Of a DNA stretch of 62,520 bases, positions 17,190 through 27,156 are shown piece after piece. This stretch comes from Thermoplasmata archaeon (lineage in GTDB: Archaea; Thermoplasmatota; Thermoplasmata; Lutacidiplasmatales; UBA184): the NCBI GenBank assembly GCA_028864975.1, contig JAGWLG010000018.1, forward strand, positions 1 through 62,520, given 5' to 3'. Position numbers and translations under genes: made by a program. The notes under the pieces are model-generated. The model saw nothing but the letters and a program-made list of their open reading frames with translations, was not told where the DNA came from and ran no database searches. Each line of letters starts with the position of its first letter. Position 1 is the first letter of the stretch.

Positions 17190-18140
17190 TCAGTTGCTGG
17201 GGACGTCGGACTGTTCAGGCTGTACCATGAGCCTCACCTGACGTGCCTTCTTCGGGAGCCGAACGATGACCCTGAGCTTTTCGTCAAAGTAGTCCTTCAG
17301 GAGCGGCGGTCTCGACGCCTTGAGGTATAGGTCCGGGTTCTGCGCTAGCGCTCCCCCGATCGCATCGAGCTCTTCCCTCCTCGATGCTTCCTGGACCAGG
17401 CACGGCACCTGCTTGAATCCGAGCTCGCGAAGCAGGTAGGCCCGGTGGCTTCCGTTGCTCAACACCAGGCGGTTCTCGCAGTGGACCGCCTGGAGGAAGT
17501 TGGGACCGTAGCCGACGGCTGCAACCAGGACATGGGTCACCGGGCCGCCGAAATGCGCGCCTTGGATTGGATTGCCCTCGAGGACTGTGACGTCCAGTAC
17601 CCGGAAGTCGGTGGAGGGAGAGACGAAGGAAAAAGCCGGGACCTGCGCGGGCAGCCGTATCGCGTGCACGTCTGGGTGGGGGTGGTCGGCGGGCAGGCAG
17701 AGACGGAACAGGTCCTCTTCGGAGAGGGGCGATGGCAATGCGCGCTTCTGGTCGCGCACCGCTTCCAAGTTGATGTCCTTCTGGAACACAACCAAGCGAT
17801 CCAGATCGACCATGCCAATGCGTGTGGGAAGGACAGAGAACGCCCGGCGGAAGATGGGGTCCACCAGGACCTCTCTTTCGAGGGCCTTCAGCTTGGCTGA
17901 CAGTTCACCGATAGGGGGGCCGTCGCAAAGTCCGGCTTCGTCCCGTTCCAATTCCTTCACGTGGTCATTGGCCGACCTCCACACCCCCGCCATCTGAGAA
18001 ACCACCTCTGGTGCCGCAGAGCCGGTTTGATTGAGCACCATCGAGAGGAACTCGGGCATGGGAGGCCGCCCGGCCAGGAAGACGTGGTCTTGGGTGTTCG
18101 AGGCTCGGATCGGCGTGATTGCGGGGGTATCCCTCTGCAT
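17190..18140 (-). CDS. ParB/sulfiredoxin-like domain protein
   Basis: 316 aa with LVLSNGSHRAYLLRELGFKQVPCLV, matching the ParB/Srx (D/N)G.HR motif. Confidence 0.6.
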   Translation of the reverse strand: MQRDTPAITPIRASNTQDHVFLAGRPPMPEFLSMVLNQTGSAAPEVVSQMAGVWRSANDHVKELERDEAGLCDGPPIGELSAKLKALEREVLVDPIFRRAFSVLPTRIGMVDLDRLVVFQKDINLEAVRDQKRALPSPLSEEDLFRLCLPADHPHPDVHAIRLPAQVPAFSFVSPSTDFRVLDVTVLEGNPIQGAHFGGPVTHVLVAAVGYGPNFLQAVHCENRLVLSNGSHRAYLLRELGFKQVPCLVQEASRREELDAIGGALAQNPDLYLKASRPPLLKDYFDEKLRVIVRLPKKARQVRLMVQPEQSDVPSN

Positions 18141-18230
18141 CGGCGAGTCGCTCCGAACGACCTTGAGCCTCGGGTGAGTTGTTAACCTTCAAGCGGAAAG
18201 TGTAACTACTTAGGAAACAATTGGGCGTCC

Positions 18231-19055
18231 GTGCGGAGGACGGTTCACATTGTCCCCCTTGGGTGGGAGTTCGACAGGGTCGTACTTCCAATCGATGCGA
18301 TGAAGGGTCACCGGGCCTACCTCCTTTGCGAACCTACCGCGGAGGAGCCGCAGCGGGCCCACTTCCTGCGCGCGGTCACGGCCGCCTTGAAACGGCGGGG
18401 GCTCGAGGTGGTCCATCGGTCGGTCGATGCGAACCTCGACTCAGAGGGGCTCGTCCGCGAGATCTCGGCAATCATCCAGCTCGAGCAAGGGGCCGAGAAT
18501 ATCGTACGAATCAACCTGGGTGGGGCGGGGAAAGTGGCGGCCTCCGCTGCAACTCTAGCGGCATCCGTCCATCTGCATCTTCTCACGGGGTCCCTCTATT
18601 ATTCCGAGGCAGAGAACTACTCGGAACCCGGGAGGGAACGACAGGCGCACGGGCTTGCTCTCGGGATGAAGGGTGAACCGTTCGACCTACCGTTCTTCCG
18701 GCTGGACATTCCACGGGACGACGCCCGACTTACCCTTGGGCTCCTCGCTGGAGTTCCAAGGCACGAGCTCCGGTATGGAGTGGTGATCGCGACTCTCCGC
18801 AAATGTGGGTTCAAAGAGTACATAGTCCCCGAGGAGGAGGATCCGAAGCGCGGACGCGCCCGGAATAGGGCCAACGTGATGCTCAACAAGCGGGTGGTAG
18901 GCAAGCTCAGACGACAAGGCTTCGTGGAGGTCGAGCCTCTGGGTCGTGAGCGGATCCTTAGGCTCACGAGGCCCGGACGTTACATGGCGAATCTCTGCGT
19001 TCCACCCCTACTTTCCCCCACGGACCCCGCGGTCTTCCCTAAGCCCATCGAATAG
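18231..19055 (+). CDS. HFX_2341/DUF6293-type regulator (CARF-like Rossmann N-domain + C-terminal wHTH)
   Basis: VHIVPLGWEFDRVVLP, INLGGAGKVAASAATLA, C-terminal KLRRQGFVEVEPLGRERILRLTRPG. Confidence 0.75.
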   Translation: MRRTVHIVPLGWEFDRVVLPIDAMKGHRAYLLCEPTAEEPQRAHFLRAVTAALKRRGLEVVHRSVDANLDSEGLVREISAIIQLEQGAENIVRINLGGAGKVAASAATLAASVHLHLLTGSLYYSEAENYSEPGRERQAHGLALGMKGEPFDLPFFRLDIPRDDARLTLGLLAGVPRHELRYGVVIATLRKCGFKEYIVPEEEDPKRGRARNRANVMLNKRVVGKLRRQGFVEVEPLGRERILRLTRPGRYMANLCVPPLLSPTDPAVFPKPIE

Positions 19056-19166
19056 CCCCATCGAGCGAGGGGGAGCTCGTGGGCGCGCCCCCCAGGATTA
19101 TAGTCCGGGTCCGCGTTGGTCCTTGGGGAGGTCCCGGCCGCTGGCTTTCAAGCGCTCGGGGCACTC

Positions 19167-20294
19167 GTGAGTCTCGGACCCGAAGCCGAAGCCCGCAAGG
19201 AGATCGACCGGCAGTTGGCCGAGGCCGGCTGGCTCGTCCAAGATGCCCGCGACGCGAACCTCCACGCCGGCCCAGGGGTCGCCATCCGCGAGTTTCAGTT
19301 GATGCCGGGGCACGGCTTCGCGGACTACCTTCTCTACGTGAAAGGCCGGGCCGCCGGGGTCATCGAAGCCAAGAAGGTCGGAACGCCGCTCGCGGGGGTC
19401 GAGACCCAGACGGAGAAGTATGCCGACGGAGTCCCACCCGACCTGCCCGCACACGTTCGCCCGCTCCCCTTCCTCTATCAGAGCACGTCCGTCGAGACGT
19501 GGTTCACGAATCGATTGGACCCCGAGTTCCGCAGCCGCGAGGTCTTCTCGTTTCACCGACCGGAGACCTTGGAGTCCTGGCTCGAGTCGCAGCCCCTGGA
19601 CGGCCAGCGCTACCCCTCAACATTGAGGGGTCGGCTGCGGCACTTGCCTCCTCTTGAGCGAGGGAACCTCTGGCCCATCCAGGCACAAGCGGTCGAGTCG
19701 CTCGAGGATTCCCTGGCCCGAGGTCGGCCCCGAGCGCTCATCCAGATGGCGACTGGGAGTGGCAAGACCTTCACGGCGATCACCTCGGCCTACCGCCTGG
19801 TGAAGTTCGGCGGGGCCCGGCGCGTGCTCTTCCTGGTCGACCGGGCGAACCTAGGACGCCAGGCGCTGAAGGAGTTCCAGTCGTACGTCACGCCCGACGA
19901 CGGGCGCAAGTTCACCGAACTCTACAACGTCCAGCGATTGATCTCCAACAAGGTCGACCCCGTCGCCCGCGTCGTCATCACGACCATCCAGCGCCTCTAC
20001 TCCATCCTGCAAGGGAAGGAGGCAACAGATGAGGAGTTGGAGGAGGGCTCGCTCTGGGGGACCTCTGCCGGCCTCCTTGAGAGGCCTGCGGAGGTCCGCT
20101 ACAACCCCGGCCTTCCCCCCGAGTTCTTCGACGTGGTCTTCATCGACGAGTGCCACCGGTCGATCTACACGGTCTGGAAGCAGGTCTTGGACTACTTCGA
20201 CGCGTTCCTCGTCGGGTTGACGGCGACGCCCGGGAAGCAGACCTTCGGCTTCTTCCAGAGGAACCTGGTCCAGGAGTTCCTCGTCCAAAGTTAG
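19167..20294 (+). pseudogene. hsdR: Type I restriction subunit R (EcoKI/EcoAI-like), truncated after helicase motif III
   Basis: EAEARKEIDRQLAEAGW, GFADYLLY..IEAKK nuclease motif, QMATGSGKT, DECHRS, LTATP, then stop after about 376 aa; no motifs IV-VI and no hsdM/hsdS follow. Confidence 0.9.
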
Positions 20295-20735
20295 TCGAGG
20301 TATGCCCCTCCACGGCCCGTTCGGGCCAAGAAAGGGTAGGACGGAACGAGACCCGGTATCCCCGACGCCGTTCTGTGGAGCCCCGCCCGGACCATCAAGG
20401 CATCGCTCGACTGCACCTTCTCTTCCAAGGGATTGTCCGGCCGTGGAGGGTGGCAACCCGGCCCCCAGGACCTGCGCAGATTGGAACTCTCTCGATCCTG
20501 GTTCGGTCCGAGGAGCGTCGGCTAACGCACCGAGATGAACGCCGTGCCCTCAACGAGAGGCGCCGCGACGCGCCCAGAGGCGTGCGAAGGCCTCGCCACA
20601 GGCACCCAGCGCACTGACCAATCTTCCGCCCATTCGCGCCCCGGTGGGTCCCGGTCCCGATGTAGCGCTGCGTGCGACGGACCCCCGGGAGAGGAGTTCC
20701 AGAGAGCCTCCACGGTGGCCCCGCCACGGACGAGA

Positions 20736-20841
20736 CCATGCCAACCTGGCCAACCATGCCAACCAAGCCGAGCCATTCTAAACGGGCGTGTGCCTCGGCA
20801 AGGCCGCTAGGCAAGGTGTCTTGGCAAGGAGCATGGCATGG
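20736..20841. repeat. Iteron-like inverted arrays of 7-mers around a short AT-richer core
   Basis: CCATGCC/CCTGGCC/CCATGCC/CCAAGCC at 9-nt period (20736-20769), core ATTCTAAAC, then GGCAAGG x3 at 13-nt period (20797, 20810, 20823) and GGCATGG (20835). Confidence 0.7.
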
Positions 20842-20927
20842 TTGTCCGGGCCTACCCATCGGGCTGTCCTTTGACCCCTCTCGAGTGTAGCGCTCAGAAC
20901 GACGACCACCCCCGAATCACCCCCCTG

Positions 20928-20967
20928 CGGCGGGAGGACCCGTTCGCGAAGCGAACGGGAGGACCCG
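20928..20967 (+). repeat. Symmetric stem-loop with GAA triloop
   Basis: GGCGGG-AGGA-CCCGTTCGC-GAA-GCGAACGGG-AGGA-CCCGCC. Confidence 0.7.
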
Positions 20968-21179
20968 CCGCCCCCGTGCGTGGCGGGGGAGCCGCGACGG
21001 GGCGCGCGCGGCGGCTCCCCCTGACCGACCCAGGAAGGGGAGGGAGGGGGAGGTGGGAGATGGACGCGCGCCGCGCCCCTGGTGGCGGGGGAGCTCTTCC
21101 CCCCCACTCCCTACCCTACCCCCTGCTCCACCCGTGGGGGGGAAGGGCGGTGGTGGGCGGGCCGGATGGGGGGGAGGCG

Positions 21180-21207
21180 GCCTCTGCGGCGGGGACCCCG
21201 CCGCGGG
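21180..21207. repeat. REP-like palindrome CTGCGGCGGGGACCC(C)GCCGCGGG (other copies at 22671 and 27026)
   Basis: 19-nt identity between 21180-21198 and 22671-22689; near-identical full hairpin at 27026-27048. Confidence 0.65.
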
Positions 21208-21237
21208 TGTGACGGAGGCGCAGCGACAGATGCGGGG

Positions 21238-21801
21238 TCAGGTCCTTTCCCAGGCGGACGAGCTCCGGTCAAGGATCGTGGTCCAGACCGGGCGCGTCAA
21301 GGGAGCCCCGTTCAACGAGACGATCCACCCGCTCGGAAAGTCGCGCGCGCGGCGAGTGATGACAAACGCGAGCGTGACCTCCCGGCCTTCCCGAAGGACC
21401 CGGAGGTTGGGAGGGAGGGGCGTCGCCCATGTGAAATAGAACCGACACCCCGCGATGTCGTACGGCTCGGCGCCTGGCGCCCGGTGGGTAAGGGGAGTTC
21501 CGGAGACCTCCTCGATGCGACCGTCGGTGAGGACGGCGCGCGCTTGGTTCCGACGCTTGAGACCCTCCACGGCGGCCAAGGCAGCAAGCAGGGCCAGGAG
21601 CAAGGCGACCAGCGGCCAGAACCCAGCGAAACACCGGCCTCCGTGCGGAACACATGCCTGAGGAACGGGCCACACTGCGAGAGCGGCCAGAGCAAGGACG
21701 CCAGCCACGGCTGCGATCGCCCACACGGCGCCGGCAGCCCTCCCTATGGTCTCCCGCTCATCCCCGGTGAGCGGGCGTGTCCGTCGCCCTTCCTGGAACA
21801 T
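21238..21801 (-). CDS. Two-TM membrane protein with soluble C-terminal domain
   Basis: ATG 21801 within ORF 21238..22053; MFQEGRRTRPLTGDER, two TM helices, beta-rich tail. Confidence 0.6.
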   Translation of the reverse strand: MFQEGRRTRPLTGDERETIGRAAGAVWAIAAVAGVLALAALAVWPVPQACVPHGGRCFAGFWPLVALLLALLAALAAVEGLKRRNQARAVLTDGRIEEVSGTPLTHRAPGAEPYDIAGCRFYFTWATPLPPNLRVLREGREVTLAFVITRRARDFPSGWIVSLNGAPLTRPVWTTILDRSSSAWERT

Positions 21802-22157
21802 CTGACGAGGGAGGGCTGTTCCATTATGAGAATCGCTCGGCGGGCTCGTCTCGCCGTGAGGACCAAGGATCGCGGCGGGGGCGCGGCGGGGCCGCGTCGC
21901 TCGAGAGGGGGAAGAGGGGGAGGGGTCGCGCGGTTCGCAGGGAGGGGGTACCGCCCCTCTCGGGAGTTGGAACCCTCCTGCGGGGAGCAGGAGTTGGGGT
22001 TCGCGTCCCCTCCAGAGGGAAGTAGGCACGGGCCCGTTCTTGAACGTTGGCACGGGGCCCGACGCGCGTCAGAACCCGGGGGCCGCGAGGGCGGTCCGCG
22101 GGAAAACGGATCGCGACTCGCAAGAGTTGAAGGTCCGGGAGCAGCTCGGGGGGGCCC

Positions 22158-22502
22158 GTGAGGGTCCTCCTTCGGCGCGACGGGGCCATCGCGCTCGCGG
22201 TCCTGAACACATGGGTGGCGGGGGCCATCGTGTGGACGTGGGCGGGCGACGGGGGCTACGCCCCCCCGACCGCCCCCGGGTTCTATCTCGGCGTGGCTGC
22301 GCTTCTTGCAGGTGCTCTGGCGGGCTTCGCGGGGTCGCGATGGCGAACGCGATGGGTGGCGCTCGTATCCGGGAGCACGCTCGGCGGACTCGCGGCGGTC
22401 GCCGTGCCGCCCGATCTGGCCCCGGTCGCAGGTCTGGGAGTCGGGGCGCTCGCCGCGCTCTGGGGGGGCGCGCTATGCTCGATGCCGCTGGACGGGGCGT
22501 AG
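22158..22502 (+). CDS. Small four-TM membrane protein
   Basis: 114 aa, almost entirely hydrophobic. Confidence 0.55.
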   Translation: MRVLLRRDGAIALAVLNTWVAGAIVWTWAGDGGYAPPTAPGFYLGVAALLAGALAGFAGSRWRTRWVALVSGSTLGGLAAVAVPPDLAPVAGLGVGALAALWGGALCSMPLDGA

Positions 22503-22750
22503 GCAGGGCCCGAGTCCGCCGCGAAAGGCGCTCCTCCGGATCCGCCGCCCAAGGCGGTTCGGTAGGCCACGGGTAGCACGAGGGGGTCGCCGCCCGGGCT
22601 CGAGGCGCGTCGTCGGACCTGGTGTGCGCCCGGCTCCGGTGCGCGCGACTCGACCGTACGGGAGCAGGGGGCCTCTGCGGCGGGGACCCGGGGCGTGAGG
22701 CGACCAGGTTCGGCATGAAGAAGTAGGCGGTCGGAGGTCACGTACCCGTG

Positions 22751-22833
22751 GCGACCTCGCTCGGCCATGCCGAGAGCAGGGGGCAGTCGCCCTGGTCGAG
22801 GGAGGACCGTCCCCGAAGGGGCAGGTCCGGTAG
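22751..22833 (+). repeat. Dispersed hairpin element, copy 1
   Basis: GCGACCTCGC..GGGGGCAG..GAGGGAGGACCGT-CCCC-GAA-GGGG-CAGGTCCGGTAG. Confidence 0.75.
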
Positions 22834-23203
22834 GTGCGGGCTTCCCTGACCGCTCGGCCCGGACGCGCCCTCGGACGCGGAGGCCGCGGGCTCGACCGAT
22901 CCTCCGCACGCTTGTTGCAGGGTATGCGGGAGGGAGCTGAGGCAATCGGCGATGAGCGTCGCGCTGCCGGGGCGCCCTCGAGGGTGAGACGTGAGGATGA
23001 CCCCTCGCGAGCTGTGGACCGTCAACGGGGTGTTCACGGTTGTCGTTGAGCATCGGATCGCCTTCACCCGTGAGACAGCAACCTCTTGAGCGAGTCAGGA
23101 GCAGTGAAGTGTTCTCCCTGGTGCATTCACGGTCATTGCCCAACGAGAAGAACGAGGCGCCGCCGGCTCGATACGTCCATTACGGCCCCTATCGCTATCG
23201 AAC

Positions 23204-23788
23204 TTGATGGTCAAGCCCACTGGTCAAGAGTCCCGACCCTTGCTCTCGATCGTTCTGGTCGCTTTGGTCGTCGGAGCTTCAGTCCCTACGCAGGAGGCCA
23301 AGGCGACGCAAGTACAGGTATTGTCCGATTCCGTCCTCGAAATCATGGGGTGGGTGAACGAGACTTCTGGGCATCAAGCCCCGGCCTGTTCGACTCAGGC
23401 TGGTCAGCCAGTCTGGATCAACATTTCGCTGCAAGCGCGGGCATGGAATGGAACACCGCCGTTCAGATTCTCTTGGCAGATCACGGAGTACTCTGGCGGC
23501 CCCCCCATGGTCAACCTAAGCGGCCAGGATCTTCAGTACAATCTCACGGGGCGCATGGCCGAAGGACAACAGGGGGTCATCTGGCTGAACGTGACCGACG
23601 CAAGCGCGCGGAACTCGGGCATTAAGCTCGACAAGCCGTGGCTTGCACTACCTGCAGCGGCTTGCGGGCAACCTTCGCCCTTCCTAGCTCTGCTCATCCC
23701 TGCTGCGCTGACACTCGTCGCGGCTATCCTGCTCCTGATTGTGAGTTCTTGGATCATCAGACGACGGTCGCGGAAGCGGGAGGGATAG
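23204..23788 (+). CDS. Surface protein with a PKD/Ig-like domain and TM anchor
   Basis: Signal peptide, GTPPFRFSW, C-terminal TM + RRRSRK. Confidence 0.7.
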   Translation: MMVKPTGQESRPLLSIVLVALVVGASVPTQEAKATQVQVLSDSVLEIMGWVNETSGHQAPACSTQAGQPVWINISLQARAWNGTPPFRFSWQITEYSGGPPMVNLSGQDLQYNLTGRMAEGQQGVIWLNVTDASARNSGIKLDKPWLALPAAACGQPSPFLALLIPAALTLVAAILLLIVSSWIIRRRSRKREG

Positions 23789-24099
23789 GCACAGTCGTGG
23801 GGTTCTCGGTGGTTTCGGTGCTGGCACCGTGCTCTCCGCGGCTGGGACATGGGTGCGGGACCACTCTCTTCTTCCACGCGGCGGTCGCGGTCGCTGCGGC
23901 CGCGGGAGGGGTAGGCGTGGTGAGGGCGCGGAGGCGGTAGCGGCGGAAGGGGACGGGCGCGAGCCGAGAGGGGAGGTAACGAGCCGCACGCCGAGGGTGG
24001 TGACCGCGAGGCCGCCCCGTCGGTCGCGTTTCCACGAAGCGCAAGACGCGGTCGAATCACGACCAAATGGTCTATGATTCGGGACGGACATGGTGAACC

Positions 24100-24321
24100 G
24101 TGAGGGCGGCCCCACCTGCCCGTTTCGAGTTCCCGCCCGGGGCGCTGCGTCGGGCATTCCTGCCTCCCATCATCATCGTTGGAGTGCTCGTGAGCCTGGC
24201 GGTCGCAATGCTGCTGCTCGGTGTGCCGTGGGGGGCGGCCGTCGAGGTCGGGTTGGTCGGAGGAGGCGTCCTGGGGCTTGTCCTGGTGTTCGCCCCGCGA
24301 CCGAAGGGGCGGTTGAGCTAG
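24100..24321 (+). CDS. Small two-TM protein
   Basis: 73 aa, two hydrophobic helices. Confidence 0.5.
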   Translation: MRAAPPARFEFPPGALRRAFLPPIIIVGVLVSLAVAMLLLGVPWGAAVEVGLVGGGVLGLVLVFAPRPKGRLS

Positions 24322-24455
24322 CGCGAATGGACCGGTCGGACCGCGTGCGAGACCTCCCGCCCGCGGGCCGGTGCTCGATTAGCCCTGAGGCGATCTCGGC
24401 ACCGCATGGCGCGGAACTCCGGTAGGTTAAGCCGAGTCGTGGGCATGGTTCGGGC

Positions 24456-25484
24456 GTGCGGGTCTGGCGAAGTGTGACGGTCGTGCTGGCGCTGCTTCTG
24501 GTGGCTCTCGGCGATCCCGCCGGGACGCTCGGTGGCGCCCCCGTCCCGACGGGTCACGAAACACCAGCCGCTTCACCACACTCCGCGGTCGCCCCCTCCG
24601 GGCCGAGCGCACTGCGGTCGTCTCTTCGCCTGCCGGACCCCGGGCCTTGCTCATCCCCAACACGTGCTCCGTTAAACGTTACGCTCGGCAGCGTACCAGA
24701 GTACAACACCGCCTACACTGGCTGGTCCATGTTCCCCGGCCTCGGCCCCATTCCTGGGGTGAACGTCACCGGTGGATCCGGTGACACAAGGAACTACACG
24801 TACTGGTGGCGGGGAGTTCCGCCCCCCTGCCCCTCTTGGAACACTCGCTGGTTCGGCGCGTGCGCACCTGCGTATCCCGGGAACTGGACCGTGCACGTCC
24901 AGGTGAACGACACTTCGGGGGGCGAGACCGCGACCTCGCCCCCGTTCTGGATCAACGTCGTCCGGAGCGACAACTTCTCGGTGACCTTCCTCGTGCGGCC
25001 CGCCAGCTGTGGCCCGATCCGGACCGGATGGTACCCGCCCGGTTGGATCCGATCACCGTGGAACGTGACCCTCGCGAACGGCTCGGTCGAGACCTTCCGC
25101 ACTCCAGACCAGCCGCCCGATGTGCAGGCGGGCGTGCTCGCGTGTGCCGGGTACAGGTTCGTCGAGTGGCAAGAGTCCGGCGGAGTTGTCGAGTCGAGCG
25201 CGGGCCCGCTCCTGTACAACGGGACCCTCCTCCTCCCGTACGCGGTGGACCTGACGATCTCGGGGAACGGTAGCCTCGCGGCCGAGTTCGCGAAGGTGCC
25301 GACGCCGCCTTCTCCTCTCGCGCTCCTCCTCCATTGGCCGCTCGTCCTTGTCCCGATCGTGGCGGTGGTCCTCCCTGTGCTGCTGCTCCTCCTTCCGCGA
25401 TGGCTACGGAGGCGTGGCCGTCGACGGCTCGAGGAGCCACCGTCTGCGGACAACACCGGCATTCAGGAAGCGGTGCAGAGTTAG
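24456..25484 (+). CDS. Surface protein (PKD-like plus InlB-B-repeat-like domain, TM anchor)
   Basis: Signal peptide, NYTYWWRGVPPPC PKD-like motif, GYRFVEWQESGG, TM + RRRGRRR. Confidence 0.7.
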   Translation: MRVWRSVTVVLALLLVALGDPAGTLGGAPVPTGHETPAASPHSAVAPSGPSALRSSLRLPDPGPCSSPTRAPLNVTLGSVPEYNTAYTGWSMFPGLGPIPGVNVTGGSGDTRNYTYWWRGVPPPCPSWNTRWFGACAPAYPGNWTVHVQVNDTSGGETATSPPFWINVVRSDNFSVTFLVRPASCGPIRTGWYPPGWIRSPWNVTLANGSVETFRTPDQPPDVQAGVLACAGYRFVEWQESGGVVESSAGPLLYNGTLLLPYAVDLTISGNGSLAAEFAKVPTPPSPLALLLHWPLVLVPIVAVVLPVLLLLLPRWLRRRGRRRLEEPPSADNTGIQEAVQS

Positions 25485-25646
25485 GAGCGCCGGCCTCGGC
25501 AGGACGGGAGGCGCGCGAAGTCGCGGACACGGGCTTGTGGACATGGTCGTGGCACTTCCATGCCCAAGAGAGGACGAGGCGGTGGATAGACTCGAGGGGG
25601 AAGCGGACGGAGGGCAGCGACGGGGCGGGATCGGCGTTGTTCACGC

Positions 25647-26225
25647 TCAGAGCGTGACCGAACTGGAGGAGCCTGCACCGCTCGTGGTGGTGGGCGTGAG
25701 CTGGGCTCCCACGAGGTCGACCCCCGGGCCGGCGACGACAAGAACGGTTTGGCCGCCCTCGATGGCCACCGGAATTGACGCGTTGAGGGCGGTCCAACCT
25801 GCCGATCCCCAGACGGCCAAGTCGCCTGCCCCCCCTGCAGCAATGAGGACCGCGACCCAAGAGGTCGACGAGGTGGGGCTTCGGATGCAGTTGTCGGGCG
25901 AAGAAGGGGCGCCGGCAGGGGTGGTGGAGCCGGCTCCCGCCAGGGTGAGCGCGAAGCCGAAGTTGGCGGTGGTGAGGGTGTAGGCCGCGCCCCCGATGGA
26001 GACCGGAACCGTCGCGAACCGGGTCCGGGACGCGTCGCTGCAGTTTCCCATCAGGCCGGCCGTCCCCCATGGACCGCAGAGCGCGCGGCAAGGATTCCCG
26101 GATGGCCGGGGCGCGGTGAGAAAGAGCAGGGTCCCGACCAGCGCGACCGCGAGCGCGACCAGGAGCGCGGCCGCGAGGAGGCGCCGGGGAGAGCGGTCCT
26201 CGCGGGGACCTGGACGAGCGGGCAC
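25647..26225 (-). CDS. Membrane-anchored pilin-like/secreted protein
   Basis: N-terminal hydrophobic helix after a basic leader, Cys pairs, beta-rich domain ending GAGSSSSVTL, similar in style to Thermoplasmata pilin-like proteins. Start GTG 26225 inferred. Confidence 0.5.
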   Translation of the reverse strand: MPARPGPREDRSPRRLLAAALLVALAVALVGTLLFLTAPRPSGNPCRALCGPWGTAGLMGNCSDASRTRFATVPVSIGGAAYTLTTANFGFALTLAGAGSTTPAGAPSSPDNCIRSPTSSTSWVAVLIAAGGAGDLAVWGSAGWTALNASIPVAIEGGQTVLVVAGPGVDLVGAQLTPTTTSGAGSSSSVTL

Positions 26226-26387
26226 GCGCCTAGGAGGACGTGCGCCCCGATGAACTATCGTGGGGGGGGAATGGGGCGCGACGCGGGCCGCGGGGGCGCG
26301 CGAGGGGCCGCGGGGTTCCCTTGGCCTTCCCGAGCTTCCCTCGCCCACGCCGCCCGCGAGGCAAGACCAAGGGCGTGGGGGGCGCCC

Positions 26388-26834
26388 TCAGTAGATCCAG
26401 CGTTGACTTGGGGGGTTCCATGGAACGGGGGCTGGAAGCCTCGAGCGAAGAGCCCGCATGACCCGGGGGGATACTCGAACCCGGGCTCCCCCGTGGAAGA
26501 CGACCTCGTAGTATTCGGGGTCGTTCGGGTCGAGCACGCCCACCTTCTCAACGGCCTCCCAAGGCTCCAAGGTCCGCCGATGGAGGAGGTGCGTCGGGCC
26601 CCAATCGAGGACGAACCCACCTTGGGTGATGGCGTAGCGCGGGGGGAGCGTCCTTTGCGTGCCGAGGACCCAGACCGAGTAGCCGATGATCACAACGGGC
26701 CAGAGGAAGAACCCGAAGGTGATTCCGAACACGAGGATGAGCGCGAAGAGAGCGGAACCAAAGAAGAGCCCGTTGCCTACGAAGAACCGGACCACGTAGG
26801 AGTCGAACTCCGAGTTGACCAGGAGCTCGGCCAC
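26388..26834 (-). CDS. Two-TM protein with PH-like soluble domain
   Basis: 148 aa; TM pair followed by YAITQGGFVL..PWEAVEKV pattern. Confidence 0.6.
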   Translation of the reverse strand: MAELLVNSEFDSYVVRFFVGNGLFFGSALFALILVFGITFGFFLWPVVIIGYSVWVLGTQRTLPPRYAITQGGFVLDWGPTHLLHRRTLEPWEAVEKVGVLDPNDPEYYEVVFHGGARVRVSPRVMRALRSRLPAPVPWNPPSQRWIY

Positions 26835-27156
26835 GCAGGTGAAGGCACGAGGTGACGGAAGAACTCTGCGACGCGGGCGACCTGCGGGTGGAGGGGTTCA
26901 CGACTCAGACGGATGGACGTCGCAAGCCCCGGCGGGGGCCCGGCGGTGGGAGGGGCACTGGTGTGGGAGGGCCCGCGCGTGCCGAGCCGAGCAAGGCGAG
27001 CCGGGGGCGAGGGTGGATGGGGCGACTGCGGCGGGGACCCGCCGCGGGAGCGGGTGGAGGGGGGATGCCGGGGCGCGGCGCGGGCGGCGCGCGTCCCGCT
27101 GACGACCTGGGCGAGGGAGAGGAGAGGCCTTCTGCACCGGCGCCGTTCCGCGTAGC

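Noticed and set aside
20302-21230. Several 70-200 aa ORFs after hsdR
   Set aside because: No continuation of HsdR motifs in any listed frame and no protein-like composition; better explained as a cis-acting region.
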